NCBI RefSeq assembly: GCF_001194135.2
Contig: NC_069000.1
Span: forward strand, 44,625,833 to 44,689,832
Length of the DNA: 64,000 nt
Direction: 5' to 3'
Source of the DNA: Octopus bimaculoides
Taxonomy: Eukaryota
Both the position numbers and the translations under genes were made by a program. This document shows positions 38,471 to 52,599 of the stretch, piece by piece. Positions within the stretch are counted from its first letter, which is position 1. Each line of letters starts with the position of its first letter. The notes beneath the pieces were generated by a model, which worked only from the letters and a program-made list of their open reading frames with translations, was not told the origin of the DNA and searched no databases.

Positions 38471-39134
38471 GATGAGTGTCGACCTCCGAGATATTTCTTT
38501 TATGATAATATTTAAAGGTTTCGATGAGGCAACATTATTTAACTTGTCGTCTGTTTTTAAAGGCAATCCAATGGGAGACACTGGCTTTAGGGAGACACTG
38601 CTTTTATTGGCTGTGAATGTTTTACTTTTTTCCTCTTGATTTTAACAATTGAGAAACTGGTTAAAAAGAAATCATACTCATAGTTCTAGAGCAATTCTGA
38701 TCGAATCGACCTAAAGGAATAAAGACGTTCTCCCTGCGCTCATCTAGTCTTTTGGTTGTTGTTTTTTCGATATAATTTATGTAGAATGACGTAATACAAT
38801 GCATTAATTATATATTTTTTGTGGTTGTTAGCAACAAGCCGTTTCGGCTCACTTGTAAGTTTTGTTTTATATTAACTGTCTTTTCAAGATAGTATATATT
38901 TAAGTTCGTCACATCACAGCGTTCAATATACACATTTTTTTCACGTCTGGCCTACAGCCCTTCTTGTTTATTTTCGCTGTTTTGTTTTTCTGTCGTGTTT
39001 TCTGTTTGCCACTTAACTCCTCCGCATTACAAATTTCATTTAATTTGTTTCCGCGGGAAGAGCTATTCTAACAATGCGTCCTACCCTAACACTTCGAAAC
39101 GCTTAGTTTAGAATAGGGGCAGCTGATGAAGGAA

Positions 39135-39300
39135 ATGTTCTCTATGTGGCCTGTTTGTTTTCTGTGCTCTGTTTTTCATTTTGTCCACGTTTTTTTGTGA
39201 CGTTCTGTACCCAGATATGCATCTATATATACATCTAGATGTAGGTATGTACATACATGTACGTATATATGCATATACTCACATATTATTTGTATTATTA
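39135..39300 (+). repeat. Dispersed repeat, second copy at about 4397-4570
   Basis: aatgttctctatgtggcctg...gtacccagatatgcatctatatatacat...gtatatatgcatatactca is shared. Confidence 0.8.
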
Positions 39301-41085
39301 TATATATATATATATATATATATACTGTGGCTTTGTGACTGTTTGTTCCCCACCACTGCTTGATAACTGGTGGCTAATGTGTTTACATTCACGTGACTTA
39401 GCAGTTCAGTAAAAGTGACCAATAAAAAAGGAAAGAACTGGTGTTGATTTGTTTGATTAAAATTCTTCGAGGCAGTGCCCCAGCATGGTCGCAGTCTGAT
39501 ATCTGAAAAATATGAAAGAACCACAAAACTTCTTAGTGAAACCTTAAGCTAAGGGAGGTAACTCTTGTTCACCTATCTCAGGAATACTATGGCCCTGAAA
39601 CCTCTCACAGTCATTTTACCTGCTAGAAATAGCAACCCAAACGCTTTTAAATCTAATCCTAATGTTGGATGCTCAAGAACGAAATGAAGGGTAGATTTAT
39701 AATCCTGATTCCCAAAAAGGTATAAATATGTCTGTGTAGACTGAGATACTGGGGTCCCAGATGGACAGACAGAATTTTGCTTTCATTTATAGAGATGAGA
39801 GTTTGTGCCATTGAGACATGCTACATATGCGTTACGGTCGTATTGTTAGGCAATGTTCTGAAGTTGTTGTGGTTGTGGTATGATGGTAGACTTCTTTTGT
39901 GTAACCTTGGGACAGCCCTGACTGAGGGGACCCATGGCACAGAGGTAATCATCAAAATGACTAGGTGTGTCTCACAAAGCCATTCTACTTGTTCTGGCAT
40001 GCTCTATGGGTTTGTAGAGTGACCAATCTGAACATGTTTTGTAAGGATTTGGGGCACCCAAGGTAGAAAAGTTCCTTGTGAGCAGTGCCAAGTCTCTCTC
40101 TGCCAGTCATTCTATTTTGGTTACTTTCTAGAACTGTGACTCTCAAACTTTTTAATATCTGGGGCCAGACCCAAACCTGAATTTTTTTTTAGGGGTTTGT
40201 ACCAAAAAAAGTTAAACAGAAGTTAGTTAAAGAAAAATATGTTCATATGTTTATAAACTATTGGGGGCCACTGAAAGAATGCCTGAGGGCCACATACAGC
40301 CCCGGAAGACAGATGAGAACTGCTGTTCTAGTCTCTGGTGGTTAGTTATCAGTTGTGATGGGGAAAGGGAACACAATCAGAGCACAGAGCTTAGTATTTC
40401 TCTGCCCTTACTATTGGTATCACGCAACCAGCAAAATATTAGGGGCCAGACAGGTTATACATGTTGCAGCTATTTCTATATGTTTGAAATTTCTTTATTT
40501 CATTTTTATTTTGATATTCACTTCCCCACACTTGCATGGGTCTGGCAGAATTCATTGAGACAAATTTTCTACAGCTGGATGCCCTTCCTATCACCAACCC
40601 TCACCTGTTTCCAAGAGATCTAATATTTCTCTATGGCTGGAAACAAATGACACCGCTTGGATGATGAGGATGTTTGTTTACAACAGTCGCATGCTGTCAA
40701 GACAAGGGGACACGAGCAGGGGAACTGGTTCAATGTAAGATCAAGCAAACAAGGTTTAAAAAGAAAACAAACAAAATTATTTGTTTTATTAATTTCAATT
40801 TTTATTTCCATTATATGATATTTGTATGTCTCCATTTACGCATTTACTCCTCATTGGTGTATTTTGGTGTCTGTGTGGATGTATATATGATTATATGCAT
40901 ACATATATTTATCTATATATCTATATGTGTATATATATATATATTTATATATATGTAAATATACACACGTGTGTGTATATATATATATTTATATGTATGT
41001 ATATGTATATATTTATATATATGTATGTATATATATGTGTATATATATATATTTATATGTATGTATATATATATATGTATGTATG

Positions 41086-41152
<67 letters not shown>

Positions 41153-41822
41153 GTATGTATGTATATGTATATATAAAGGATTCCCAACATGTCTAAGTGA
41201 ATAATTAATCTGCTCTATTAAAGACAGAAACAAAGACCATATTATCAGTTGGGAACTAATTAGTACTGCAAAACCATACAGGCCAGAAACTAATGAATTT
41301 TTACCAATTTTTTACATCTAAGCATAATGTAATAAATTCTAGACAGGAAGCTTTAAGATGCTTGCATATGAAAAAATTTACCTTTGCTCAATATAAATGA
41401 GTAATAAACATCTAAACAACAGAATGTTTGAAATAACTGGCTACAAGTGATTATCCAATCAAAACTTGAATTGAAGAGGGTTTACGTCCAAATTAACAAA
41501 CAACTCCACATTATAAAATGCAGAGTAAATAGACGGAAACCTTTAAACAGTTACATCAAAGGATATTAAAGTGAAGACCCTGAAGAAACTGCATCGGTAT
41601 TATAGTAAGGTTGTAATTGAAACAGTTACTAATCAATGCAATAGAAACATGTGTAGGTCTATTCGAAGCTGTATAAAAAGGAATTAAATGTAATGCTATA
41701 CTACTTCATAATAATCCTTATTAATATCATTATATATATATATATACATATATAATTATATACGTATATGTCTGTATTACTCATTTTACTGAGACCATGC
41801 TGAACTGGATAATCCTCAGGTG

Positions 41823-41863
<41 letters not shown>

Positions 41864-42298
41864 AATTACAATGTGGAAGGCACATATCAGCCTTTCATAA
41901 GCACATAGGAATTGTCAATTATTTCCCTTTGTCATTTATTATATAAAGTGTTAAAATTTTTGTCATACTATCTGCAACCTGGTCACTGACACAGCTCCAT
42001 TGTAATTCTGTGTCAGTGACCAGGTTGCAGATAGTGTGATGAAAATTTTGACCCCCTTATATAATAAATGACTCAGAGAAATTAATGGTTGTTTATGAAT
42101 AGTTAATGTATGCCTTCCAGACTGTAATAGCTTTAGTCTCAGACCTGATCACTTGCCTGACAAGTACAGTCCCAATGCATACACACACACACACACACAC
42201 ACACACAAGCACATATATACATACATACATACACATACACACATATGTATGTATGTATATACATATATATATATATAAGTCAGTAACTAGTGGGGTTG

Positions 42299-42358
<60 letters not shown>

Positions 42359-43033
42359 NNNNNNNNNNNNNNNNNNNNNNNNNNNNNNNNNNNNNNNNNN
42401 NNNNNNNNNNNNNNNNNNNNNNNNNNNNNNNNNNNNNNNNNNNNNNNNNNNNNNNNNNNNNNNNNNNNNNNNNNNNNNNNNNNNNNNNNNNNNNNNNNNN
42501 NNNNNNNNNNNNNNNNNNNNNNNNNNNNNNNNNNNNNNNNNNNNNNNNNNNNNNNNNNNNNNNNNNNNNNNNNNNNNNNNNNNNNNNNNNNNNNNNNNNN
42601 NNNNNNNNNNNNNNNNNNNNNNNNNNNNNNNNNNNNNNNNNNNNNNNNNNNNNNNNNNNNNNNNNNNNNNNNNNNNNNNNNNNNNNNNNNNNNNNNNNNN
42701 NNNNNNNNNNNNNNNNNNNNNNNNNNNNNNNNNNNNNNNNNNNNNNNNNNNNNNNNNNNNNNNNNNNNNNNNNNNNNNNNNNNNNNNNNNNNNNNNNNNN
42801 NNNNNNNNNNNNNNNNNNNNNNNNNNNNNNNNNNNNNNNNNNNNNNNNNNNNNNNNNNNNNNNNNNNNNNNNNNNNNNNNNNNNNNNNNNNNNNNNNNNN
42901 NNNNNNNNNNNNNNNNNNNNNNNNNNNNNNNNNNNNNNNNNNNNNNNNNNNNNNNNNNNNNNNNNNNNNNNNNNNNNNNNNNNNNNNNNNNNNNNNNNNN
43001 NNNNNNNNNNNNNNNNNNNNNNNNNNNNNNNNN

Positions 43034-43065
<32 letters not shown>

Positions 43066-43486
43066 AATATGTGTGTATGGAAATATGGAACATAATTATT
43101 ACAGATTTGTAATTAATAATTAAGAAAAAATGTATGAAAGCCATAAATTACACATTTTTTGAAAAATCTGTTCAATGGTTAAATTAAAATTGTGTGATTA
43201 AGATAAACACATATAGTTTGTTGGGAAAAATAAACAGCATTTTGTTTTAATCTCTTTTATATAAATAAATGACAAATTTATATAAATCTTTTTAGATACA
43301 AAAATTTATATCAAAATATTCCAGTATATTCTCCAATATACTATAGAAATAATTCATATAATCACACACATATTACTCATTCAATCGTACACGCTTACAC
43401 ACACACATAGAATCTTGTAAGTTTGATGGATACAAACTAAACCACAAGAATATAAGTTATTATTTTCTTCGCTTTTGACACAATTT

Positions 43487-43655
43487 TTACTTCCATCCTT
43501 GGAGTTCTTTATGCACTGTCATCATTTTCCTAGTTTTCCTACCAAGAGTTTCTAATTCGTTTTTCCTCCATTTAATAACTCCTGCCCCATAGCACATGAG
43601 GGACATGTTATGCTCTAGCACCTGATCTTTTTGGATTGGAAAATCCCAGACGATT
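43487..43655 (-). mobile_element. Internally deleted R4/Dong-like fragment
   Basis: KIVWDFPIQKDQVLEHN (RLE region) fused to YGAGVIKWRKNELETLGRKTRKMMTVH (post-RT region). Confidence 0.6.
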
Positions 43656-44711
43656 TTACTATATATATATGTGTGTGTGTGTAAACATATGTGTGGGGGT
43701 GTATACATATATGTATATTATATTATATTATATCATATTATATTATATATTTGTTTAAATATTCTTTTAAAAAACAAGTTTAGTTCAGATTTAGAATTGT
43801 ACATTTAATATTTTCTTCTATATAATTCACAAGTGGCGTTCAATAAATATAGTTTTAATACAATGATAACATTAATCAATGATAAATTAAGAAACTGTTA
43901 ATCATTTTGCTAGAGGTCATATATAAAATTCATTAAAATCCATAATTATAAAGAAATGCTAATAAATTCAATGAATTATTTTTCAGTTTGGTTGTTGTAT
44001 TTTTTAATATGAATATGTCATTTAAGCACCATTTTAATTTTGATTATTAAAACTTCATTACCTGATACAAGAAAAGAAGATTCAATTAGAAATTAGGAGG
44101 TAAATTTTTTTTAAATATCAGTTTTACATTACACTTTTCCTGTTTTAAAACCTTTTTCAATGAATTTTTTCTTCCTTTGTTGAATTTTAAACTTAATATA
44201 AGTTATACTTGCAACTTTTAACAGAGATTTTTTTTAAATGTTTAACGCAGTCTGGTAGGTAGATAAAAGATTTCACACATGTAGAATTTATTTTCCATGT
44301 CTTCGTATTATTCCAAATTTATTTTGTAGTTTGTTCACTTTTATTGTCATTTCTCAGAGGAAAATAAAAAAAATTGACAATTTTAGACAAATTATAAGAT
44401 TATTATAAAATTTATGAAAACATTTACAATCTATGAAATTATTTTAGTGTTTACAAAATTAATTACGGTTAAACAGTTTAGTAAATTGGTATATTAAACA
44501 GATTAATTAAGCATTAATTAGGTAGTATGAATTAGCAATAATGTTTGATGATGTTTAATAAATTTATTAAGATCATTCTAAGATTGTTACTAATACTTTA
44601 AGCATAATATATATATTGTGAAGATCAAGTTGACTCGGGTTTCAAATTTTACCTATCAGCTTAAGCATGTTGTGTGTGTGAGAGAGAGAGAGAGAGAAAG
44701 AGAGATCAAGG

Positions 44712-44880
44712 ATCCTGGATATCTGTGATGCAAATGACCCAATCGTCTGCAACATCATCTTCAGGAAGTCAGGCCATCCTCTGACTAATCAACCAATGCA
44801 GTAGATGCCAAACAGACCACACAACAGGAAAAGGAACAAGTTCCTTGAACCATTCAAAACAACTGAGTTCATTATACTCA
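44712..44880 (+). mobile_element. Decayed LINE (RTE-like) apurinic endonuclease fragment
   Basis: ILDICDANDPIVCNIIFRKSGHPLT resembles the APE motif LLEFCDANxLxICNTxFRKxxSHLIT; stop follows. Confidence 0.55.
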
Positions 44881-45756
44881 GATTTTGTGGAGATGCATGG
44901 CTCAGTGGTTAGGGTGATGGACTCATGATAGTTAAATCATGGTTTCAATTCCCAGACTATACTATTTCATACTATTTTATAGCAAATAGTTATGAAAAAA
45001 GAAAACACATACAATGCTCATTTATTTTCATAAAAAAAAACGTAAAAGTTACAATATAAGTATTATTATAGTTATGATAAACATATTATGATTAATGACA
45101 CTGATAATATCAAAAATGAGGCTAACTAATTAAAGTGCTAATAATTTTAATGAATTAAGTATTCATAACATTGATGTGAAACTAATTGTATACCTACTTT
45201 TGCACACATACACACCCTGTATATCTTTATATATACATTTGTTAATTTCCTGAGGATGGGGGGGGGGTCATAACCCCAAAATATTGAATGCAAGGTAAGT
45301 CTACATTAATTCATGTATTTGTTTTCTTGTGATTTGCCTTGCATTTACTTCACATTGTTCTGGCCTTACCCACAATCCTTCATACAATATATATATATGT
45401 TTATTTGGGCTTTTGATGTCAATTTGTATATAAAAATAATTCAACATTAAACTTAATATTTTATAGAAGAATACAAATGTATTAATTTTTGCAAGAAGCA
45501 AACCAAAACTCCAAAGTCACAGTCAACCTTTTCCTCAACAACATATATATGTACACACTAGTTTTTAAAAAAGTTAAGCTTTTAATCTAGATCTTTATCC
45601 TGGCCACTGCTTTAGCAAATCTAAGCTGTTGGTTTAATTAATGATTGTTCATTTGTATTGCAAGGAAGAGAATCATTATTATTTTAGTTTTACATAAGTA
45701 ATGTTAAATTTGAGTTTGGTAGAATAAAATATGTCATTTAATCTTTATGCGTTTTT

Positions 45757-45785
45757 CTAATTTAACTTTTTTCTTTTCTGTTTTA
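45757..45785 (-). CDS. Possible terminal exon (V)KQKRKKLN*
   Basis: Strong polypyrimidine tract ending ttccttcag| at 45786 gives a 57-nt intron from the 45843 donor; frame open to TAG at 45759-45757. Confidence 0.45.
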
Positions 45786-45842
45786 CTGAAGGAAAATATA
45801 TAAAGAAAGAAAAGAGAGGGAGAAAGGGAGCCTATACATTAC

Positions 45843-46004
45843 CAATTTCAGAACATTTTGTGCCATAGTAACCAGTCGCACAACCTTGCTCACAGTAGCC
45901 ATTATAAGGATTACAATAACCATAGCGACAATGACCACATTTAAAACAGTTGCCATGGTCTCTGTAATATCCATGCTGACAATGTCCCAAGCTGTATTGA
46001 TAAT
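45843..46004 (-). CDS. Last EGF-like exon
   Basis: 162 nt, tctttcttgcag|AT ... ATTG|GTAATG; YQYSLGHCQHGYYRDHGNCFKCGHCRYGYCNPYNGYCEQGCATGYYGTKCSEI. If unspliced it reads G-N-V-stop (TAG 45834-45832). Confidence 0.85.
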
Positions 46005-47440
46005 CTGCAAGAAAGAGAAGATATCAGAATCTGTCTGTGTACCGCAAATGTGGTTGATATTGTGTGATATCATTTGATAACAGTTTAACTACCATATTTA
46101 ATATAGGACATACTTTTTCCCTCCAAAAATTTTTCCAAAATTTATCCTGGGTTCTATATGTGAAGCTGTGCCTATATTGCATACATTAATGCAGTAAGCA
46201 CTTTTATCCCTGAATATGTGCAGCTGAAATTGCAATGCATCTAATAAATCCATGCATCTGAAATGCCATCATATACAGCAAATTAATTATGTCATCTCTG
46301 ATTTGCCAAAATTTCTTCTGTATTCTTATACTGAGAAGGAAAATAAAGAGGCAAAATACATTGCTTAATGAATATTAATTTATTTTAGCCCTTTTCTTAT
46401 AGTATTTTTGTTGAAATGCCCAAACTTGGTTTCAATTAATTTTGGAAATAAAGAACTTAGTAAAATAACTTTGTTATTATTAAGTAATTATATGGAACAT
46501 AAATTAATATGAAATTTTCATGAAAGGTTTTAATCTAGCTCAATTTAAAGCAGGAAATTGTGTTATAGAATTAAGGGTAAACTCAAGATGGTTGCTTTCA
46601 AATTAATTGGTTAAAGGATAAGTGCCTGGAAGAAATTAGCAAATGTTACTGTGAGAAATATGGTAAGGACACAACAATATTCTCTGAGTGGTCTACACTC
46701 TCTGAGTGGTTGGCATTAGGAAGGGCATCCAGCTGTAGAAACTCTGCCAAATTTAGATTGGAGCCTGGTGTTGCCATCCGGTTTCACCAGTCCTCAGTCA
46801 AATCATCCAACCCATGCTAGCATGGAAAGCGGACGTTAAACGATGATGATGATGATGATGATGATGATTTATTTATTTTTAATGGCTCTGTCAAAGAAAG
46901 AAGGATTGTGCCTAAGATATTTTATCAGAACCTCCAAAACTGATGGATGGAAGGAAGAAATTATCCACAGATCAGAAAGAATACCTGTTCTGGATGCCTG
47001 CATCAGAGAAGACTCAACTAAATATACCTAAGAGTGTTAAACCTGTCAACAAATTAGGTATAACACATAAAATTATATATAAATACAGACAAGTATATAT
47101 AAACTATATATTGTTATCAACCAAACTTCACATGACGCACTGCCAAACACTCAATGTAACAAATATAGAGGTAATCTATGATTTTTTTTTTCTAATTATA
47201 GAATCTAGTTAGTTAATATTACTAATCGTTTCACAAGTCATTCAAAGAAACTGAGCTCATATTTGACCCTTCATCTGGTTTAAAATCACAACCAGGCTCT
47301 TGAGTATTTTTAGAAGAGTTCATCCAGTCACAAGAATACTTTGAGGAAATGTGCACAGCTAAAGACCAAGTATTCAGTGCATGAAATTATAAAAATAAAA
47401 AATTCGTAAAACAGAACAAAAAGTAATACTATATAAATAC

Positions 47441-47599
47441 CATTGCCTTGACATCTTCTGCCATAATAACCAGTTATGCAGCCATCTACACAGTAACCTG
47501 TGTAAGGGTCACACAGATTATAGAGACAGGGACCACATTTCTTACATTTTCCATGGTATTTGTAGTATCCTGGGAAGCAAGGGTTTGTGTCATAATATC
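47441..47599 (-). CDS. Tyr/Gly-rich EGF-like exon (not in ORF track)
   Basis: 159 nt, aattacag|GA ... AATG|GTATTT; YYDTNPCFPGYYKYHGKCKKCGPCLYNLCDPYTGYCVDGCITGYYGRRCQGN. Confidence 0.83.
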
Positions 47600-48618
47600 C
47601 TGTAATTAAATTTTATATAATTTAATATCAGTCAATGATATCCAGTCATCAGTGAAATAAGAATTAATATTGTTAATGTGACTATTATGATAACTTCAGT
47701 TAATTGAGATTATATTTATAATACATTAAGGTTGGTAATGTTTAACAAGGATTAACAAATCTTCACCACTTCTAGCCCCCCCCCCCCNNNNNNNNNNNNN
47801 NNNNNNNNNNNAATATCACAGAAATAAGGTAGACAACTTGAAATGAAAAGAAGATAACATTTGTAGAATTTCACATTAACAAATTGTTGAGAGATGTTGA
47901 AGTTTCTGAAGCTGAGTTTAACCATGTGAATTATACCTTGGCTAAGTTTGGTCGAAAAATTTGCATTCCATTCAAAAGATGGTTCAACATCAAAAATACT
48001 ACTTCATTGGAATTTAGTGTAATTACATAATTGCTATAGAAATAAGCAACAGATCTGTAGGCTTACTGTCCCATCTTCAGTTATTCATACAAGAAAGATG
48101 TCTACAGCTGTAGGTTTGTGTTACATTCTACAGGAACATTTAATTCTTAATAATCTAGATATGTTTCTGTTACAGAATGGAAATGAATGAATACTAGAAG
48201 GGACTGGTGTTATCTCCCTTTACATTAGAGAGTTCCTCACTTCTTTTACAATGAATGTAAACAAGGTTGTTATGATTGTAGTGATGTTGTGTGTTTCAGG
48301 ACTGACTGATTGATATAATTCCATGTGATACTGCATCTTACAGGAAATTAAAAGTTAATTCCATGTAAACCCTCACCCACTAAATGCTTTGTACAACCAC
48401 AGTTAACAACTGCTCCCTTGTATACAGAAAATAAATAGTGCAAGGCTATTGCCTATTTAGTCCTATGTAAATCCAGGAATAATAACCAGTCCCTTTTATG
48501 TAGGACATATGAGGTATGAAGCCCTCAATTACTTAATACCTTGTAAATCCAGAGATAACAACTGGTCCCTTTTATGTAGAGTATATATGTGGCATGGAGA
48601 TAAAAAGCTATACCTTAC

Positions 48619-48777
48619 CTATATTATAACACCTTGAGCCACGGTAGCCATTTTCACAACCTCCTTTACAATAGCCATTGTAAGAATTACAGTAACCTTG
48701 GAGACAGTAACCACATTTCCTACATTTTCCATTGAACCTGTAGAATCCTAAGTGGCATTTCTGTTTTCCATAATAGT
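48619..48777 (-). CDS. Tyr/Gly-rich EGF-like exon
   Basis: 159 nt, tattttacag|AC ... ATAG|GTAAGG; YYGKQKCHLGFYRFNGKCRKCGYCLQGYCNSYNGYCKGGCENGYRGSRCYNI. Confidence 0.87.
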
Positions 48778-48856
48778 CTGTAAAATATTTCAAGACAATA
48801 AATGTACCATGATGGACATAATGTGGAGAGTTATGCTGTGGTCAAATTGTAAATAG

Positions 48857-49038
<182 letters not shown>

Positions 49039-49564
49039 CCTTTCAACTATAGGCTCAAGGCCTGGATTTTCTAGCAAGGGGGACAGTCAATCACATCAAC
49101 CCCAGTATTCAACTGGTACTTAATTTATCGACTCCCAAAGGATGAAAGACAAAGTCAACCTTATCAGAATTTGAACAAAGAATGTAATTAATCTCAGAAA
49201 ATTTAAAATCAACAGACAATCTTTCTATCATTTTTTTTACATTTTTAACTATTTAAAAAACATTTTTTATTTGTTTAATCCTCTTCATACCAACCCACCT
49301 CAGATTACCCCGGATTCTATTATACCAAGTTCCTGTTTTAAAGTGATCTAAATTTAAACCTTTCATTAAAGTTTCATGTCCAAAATTCAGTTTAATTATG
49401 ATGATGTTATTTTGCTAAATTCATAATTATTTTAAAAGTTAATTGACAAAAAAGACCATATACTTCAAATGAATATGGTAATGAAAAGGTTGAACAGTTT
49501 TGAGACAGGAAACAGTTAAAGGCCCTGAATAAGGGGGTCAAGCACTTAATTAAGTATTACCTAC

Positions 49565-50077
49565 CTTTATAATTACATCTCAGTCCATAATAATTCTTTG
49601 CACAACCATCAATACAGTAGCCATTGTAAGGATAGCAGCTTCCATGGAGGCAGTGACCACATTTCTGACAGATTTTACCATGTTTGTAATATCCAGCTTG
49701 GCAACCAGTATAACCAAGTCCATCACCGTAACTGTGACCAAGATAATATTGAGGAGCATAACCTTGACCATGACCATGACCATAACCATGATGGTGGCCA
49801 TAACCTAATCGGCGACCATGACCAAATCGGCGACCATGACCAAATCGGCGACCATGACCAAATCGGCGACCATGACCAAATCGGCGACCATGACCAAATC
49901 GGCGACCATGACCAAATCGGCGACCATGACCAAATCGGCGACCATGACCAAATCGGGGGCCATAACCATGATGACGACGATAACCATGATGACGACGATA
50001 TGGACGACCGTATCGAATTCCATGGTGATAACCGTGGCCATAATGTGGTGAGTTACCATAACCATATCCATAAGAAG
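49565..50077 (-). CDS. His/Gly/Arg-rich (RRFGHG)n exon plus one EGF-like module
   Basis: 513 nt, ttatttgcag|CT ... AAAG|GTAGGT, phase 1-1; about 8 copies of an 18-bp unit; ends GCQAGYYKHGKICQKCGHCLHGSCYPYNGYCIDGCAKNYYGLRCNYK. Confidence 0.88.
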
Positions 50078-50244
50078 CTGCAAATAAATTCAGACGATAG
50101 AATCAGATATTATCATTTTGGGATATCATAAATAAATTATGATGCTATAAAAACTCTCCCTACCACACTCTAGCTACCTTTACCTGAACCTACAGGTCAT
50201 CACTCTGTCTCTCATCCGTCTCTTATTTACTGTATCATATATTG

Positions 50245-50633
50245 TTGTTGTTGTTGGCACTCGGCCGCTTACAACGTTGAGGGTTCCAGTTGATCCGATC
50301 AACGGAACAGCCTGCTCGTGAAATTAACGCGCAAGTGGCTGAGCACTCCACAGACACGTGTACCCTTAACGTAGTTCTCGGTGATATTCAGTGTGACACA
50401 GTGTGACAAGGTTGACCCTTTGAATTACAGGCACAACAGAAACAGGAAGTAAGAGCGAGAGAAAGTTGTGGTGAAAGAGTACAGCAGGGTTCGCCACCAT
50501 CCCTTGCCGGAGCCTCGTGGAGCTTTAGGTGTTTTTACTCAATAAACACTCACAACGCCCGGTCTGGGAATCGAAACCGCGATCCTATGATCACGAGTCC
50601 ACTGCCCTAACCACTGGGCTATTGCACCTCCAC
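50245..50633 (-). mobile_element. Near full-length tRNA-derived SINE, CpGs retained
   Basis: Head ggaggtgcaatagcccagtggttagggcagtggactcgtgatcataggatcgcggtttcgattcccagaccggg and (AAC)n tail; partial relative at 36880-37100. Confidence 0.8.
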
Positions 50634-50752
50634 GTATCATATACATGCTGTTTCAATAACTCTTGCCTAACCAATGTGAGGATGGAAGAAACAATGGTGG
50701 TGATGAGGATGATGTGAAATATCAATAGTTATCAACCAAAATGTCGCCTCAC

Positions 50753-50908
50753 CGTCATAACACCTAGCTCCATAATAGCCATTGGCACAACCTCCTTTGC
50801 AAAATCCATTGTAAGGGTTGCATATTCCAGACAGGCAATAACCACATTTCCTACACTTGTGGTGGTATTTATAATATCCTGAGTGACATTTTCGCAGACC
50901 GTAATACT
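50753..50908 (-). CDS. Tyr/Gly-rich EGF-like exon
   Basis: 156 nt, ttatttgcag|AG ... GACG|GTGAGG; YYGLRKCHSGYYKYHHKCRKCGYCLSGICNPYNGFCKGGCANGYYGARCYD. Confidence 0.85.
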
Positions 50909-51023
50909 CTGCAAATAATTGGAAATGGTCAAATTAGTGGATGTTGTTAGTTAAGTTGTTAAGATTTGAACAAAGATAAATGGTATTAGTGATCTATAGA
51001 ATAAATAGATTAAATGATTTATA

Positions 51024-51150
51024 CAGGGTGTCCAAGAAGTCTGGGTACATGGAGTAAATATAAATATAACATAAACAATTAAATATAAGAAATAATAATT
51101 TCTTAAAGTATGCATTAATCCCCATGTACCCAGACTTTGTGGACACCCTG
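51024..51150. mobile_element. Tc1/mariner-type MITE (127 bp)
   Basis: About 29-bp TIRs cagggtgtccaagaagtctgggtacatgg / ccatgtacccagactttgtggacaccctg with TA on both sides. Confidence 0.85.
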
Positions 51151-51381
51151 TAGATTGATTTATAGGCACAGGATTGGCTGTGTGGTAAGAAGCTTGCTTA
51201 CCAACCACATGGTCCCGGGTTCAGNNNNNNNNNNGGTGCTCCAGCATGACCACAGTCAAATGACTGAAACGAGTAAAAGAGTAACAGTAAAGAAACAGTG
51301 ATTGGTCTATCGGAAGATTATCAGGGATGAAATATCCAGCCAAGCTGTTGCATACAGTAAATCAGCATTTGGTTTAAAGTG

Positions 51382-51438
<57 letters not shown>

Positions 51439-51624
51439 CTCTGTGGTATTGAGAGCAGAATATTTGCTGTAGCCCACCTTTTCATACCAAGACAAAAACA
51501 TGTACATGATAACACTTCCAATCAGTTAAGATCAGAAGCCATGAGAACCAGTGCTTGGTACTGCATCAGGGCACTTATTATTATTATTATTGTTATTATT
51601 ATTATAATTAATATTATTATTATT

Positions 51625-51969
51625 TTATTGCCTTTGCACAGCTTCTAACGCTGGAGATGTACTATGGTGTCAGCATCTTCACTACCAGTGAACTAAGGCA
51701 ACACCTCTTATCTTTCAAGCACCTTCCGGAGTATTCGAGCGGTTCCAATCAGTGCTGTTTTCTGCAAGTGCTCCACCCCTATTGCAGCCCCTATTTGTTC
51801 CATGTACATCTCAAGATTTTTACTCACTGTTCCCAGGGCTCCGACAATTATTGGTACCACTACCACCTTTTCCATCGACCACAACTGCTTAACCTCCCAA
51901 GCTAACCTGTCATATCTATCGACTTTTCTTTCTTCCTTATCGCATACCTTGTTGCCAGCTGGGCATGCT
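51625..51969 (-). mobile_element. R4/Dong-like retroposon 3' fragment
   Basis: ACPAGNKVCDKEERKVDRYDRLAWEVKQLWSMEKVVVVPIIVGALGTVSKNLEMYMEQIG...QKTALIGTARILRKVLER*; (TAA)n on both sides. Confidence 0.8.
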
Positions 51970-51993
51970 TTATTATTATTATTATTATTATTA

Positions 51994-52036
<43 letters not shown>

Positions 52037-52424
52037 NNNNNNNNNNNNNNNNNNNNNNNNNNNNNNNNNNNNNNNNNNNNNNNNNNNNNNNNNNNNNNNN
52101 NNNNNNNNNNNNNNNNNNNNNNNNNNNNNNNNNNNNNNNNNNNNNNNNNNNNNNNNNNNNNNNNNNNNNNNNNNNNNNNNNNNNNNNNNNNNNNNNNNNN
52201 NNNNNNNNNNNNNNNNNNNNNNNNNNNNNNNNNNNNNNNNNNNNNNNNNNNNNNNNNNNNNNNNNNNNNNNNNNNNNNNNNNNNNNNNNNNNNNNNNNNN
52301 NNNNNNNNNNNNNNNNNNNNNNNNNNNNNNNNNNNNNNNNNNNNNNNNNNNNNNNNNNNNNNNNNNNNNNNNNNNNNNNNNNNNNNNNNNNNNNNNNNNN
52401 NNNNNNNNNNNNNNNNNNNNNNNN

Positions 52425-52537
<113 letters not shown>

Positions 52538-52599
52538 GTACATTTTCTCAAACAATAAAGCAACAAAAATACTAATAACTCAGAGTGTTAGTAATTTAC

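Noticed and set aside
38406-38639. 77-aa plus-strand ORF next to the promoter-like region
   Set aside because: No recognisable motif or codon signal; probably incidental
39085-39135. cgaaac and ctgatga boxes suggesting a hammerhead
   Set aside because: Order and flanking bases do not give stem II or an NUH site
49805-49957. 18-bp tandem array as a possible CRISPR
   Set aside because: No spacers, eukaryotic context, lies inside a coding exon
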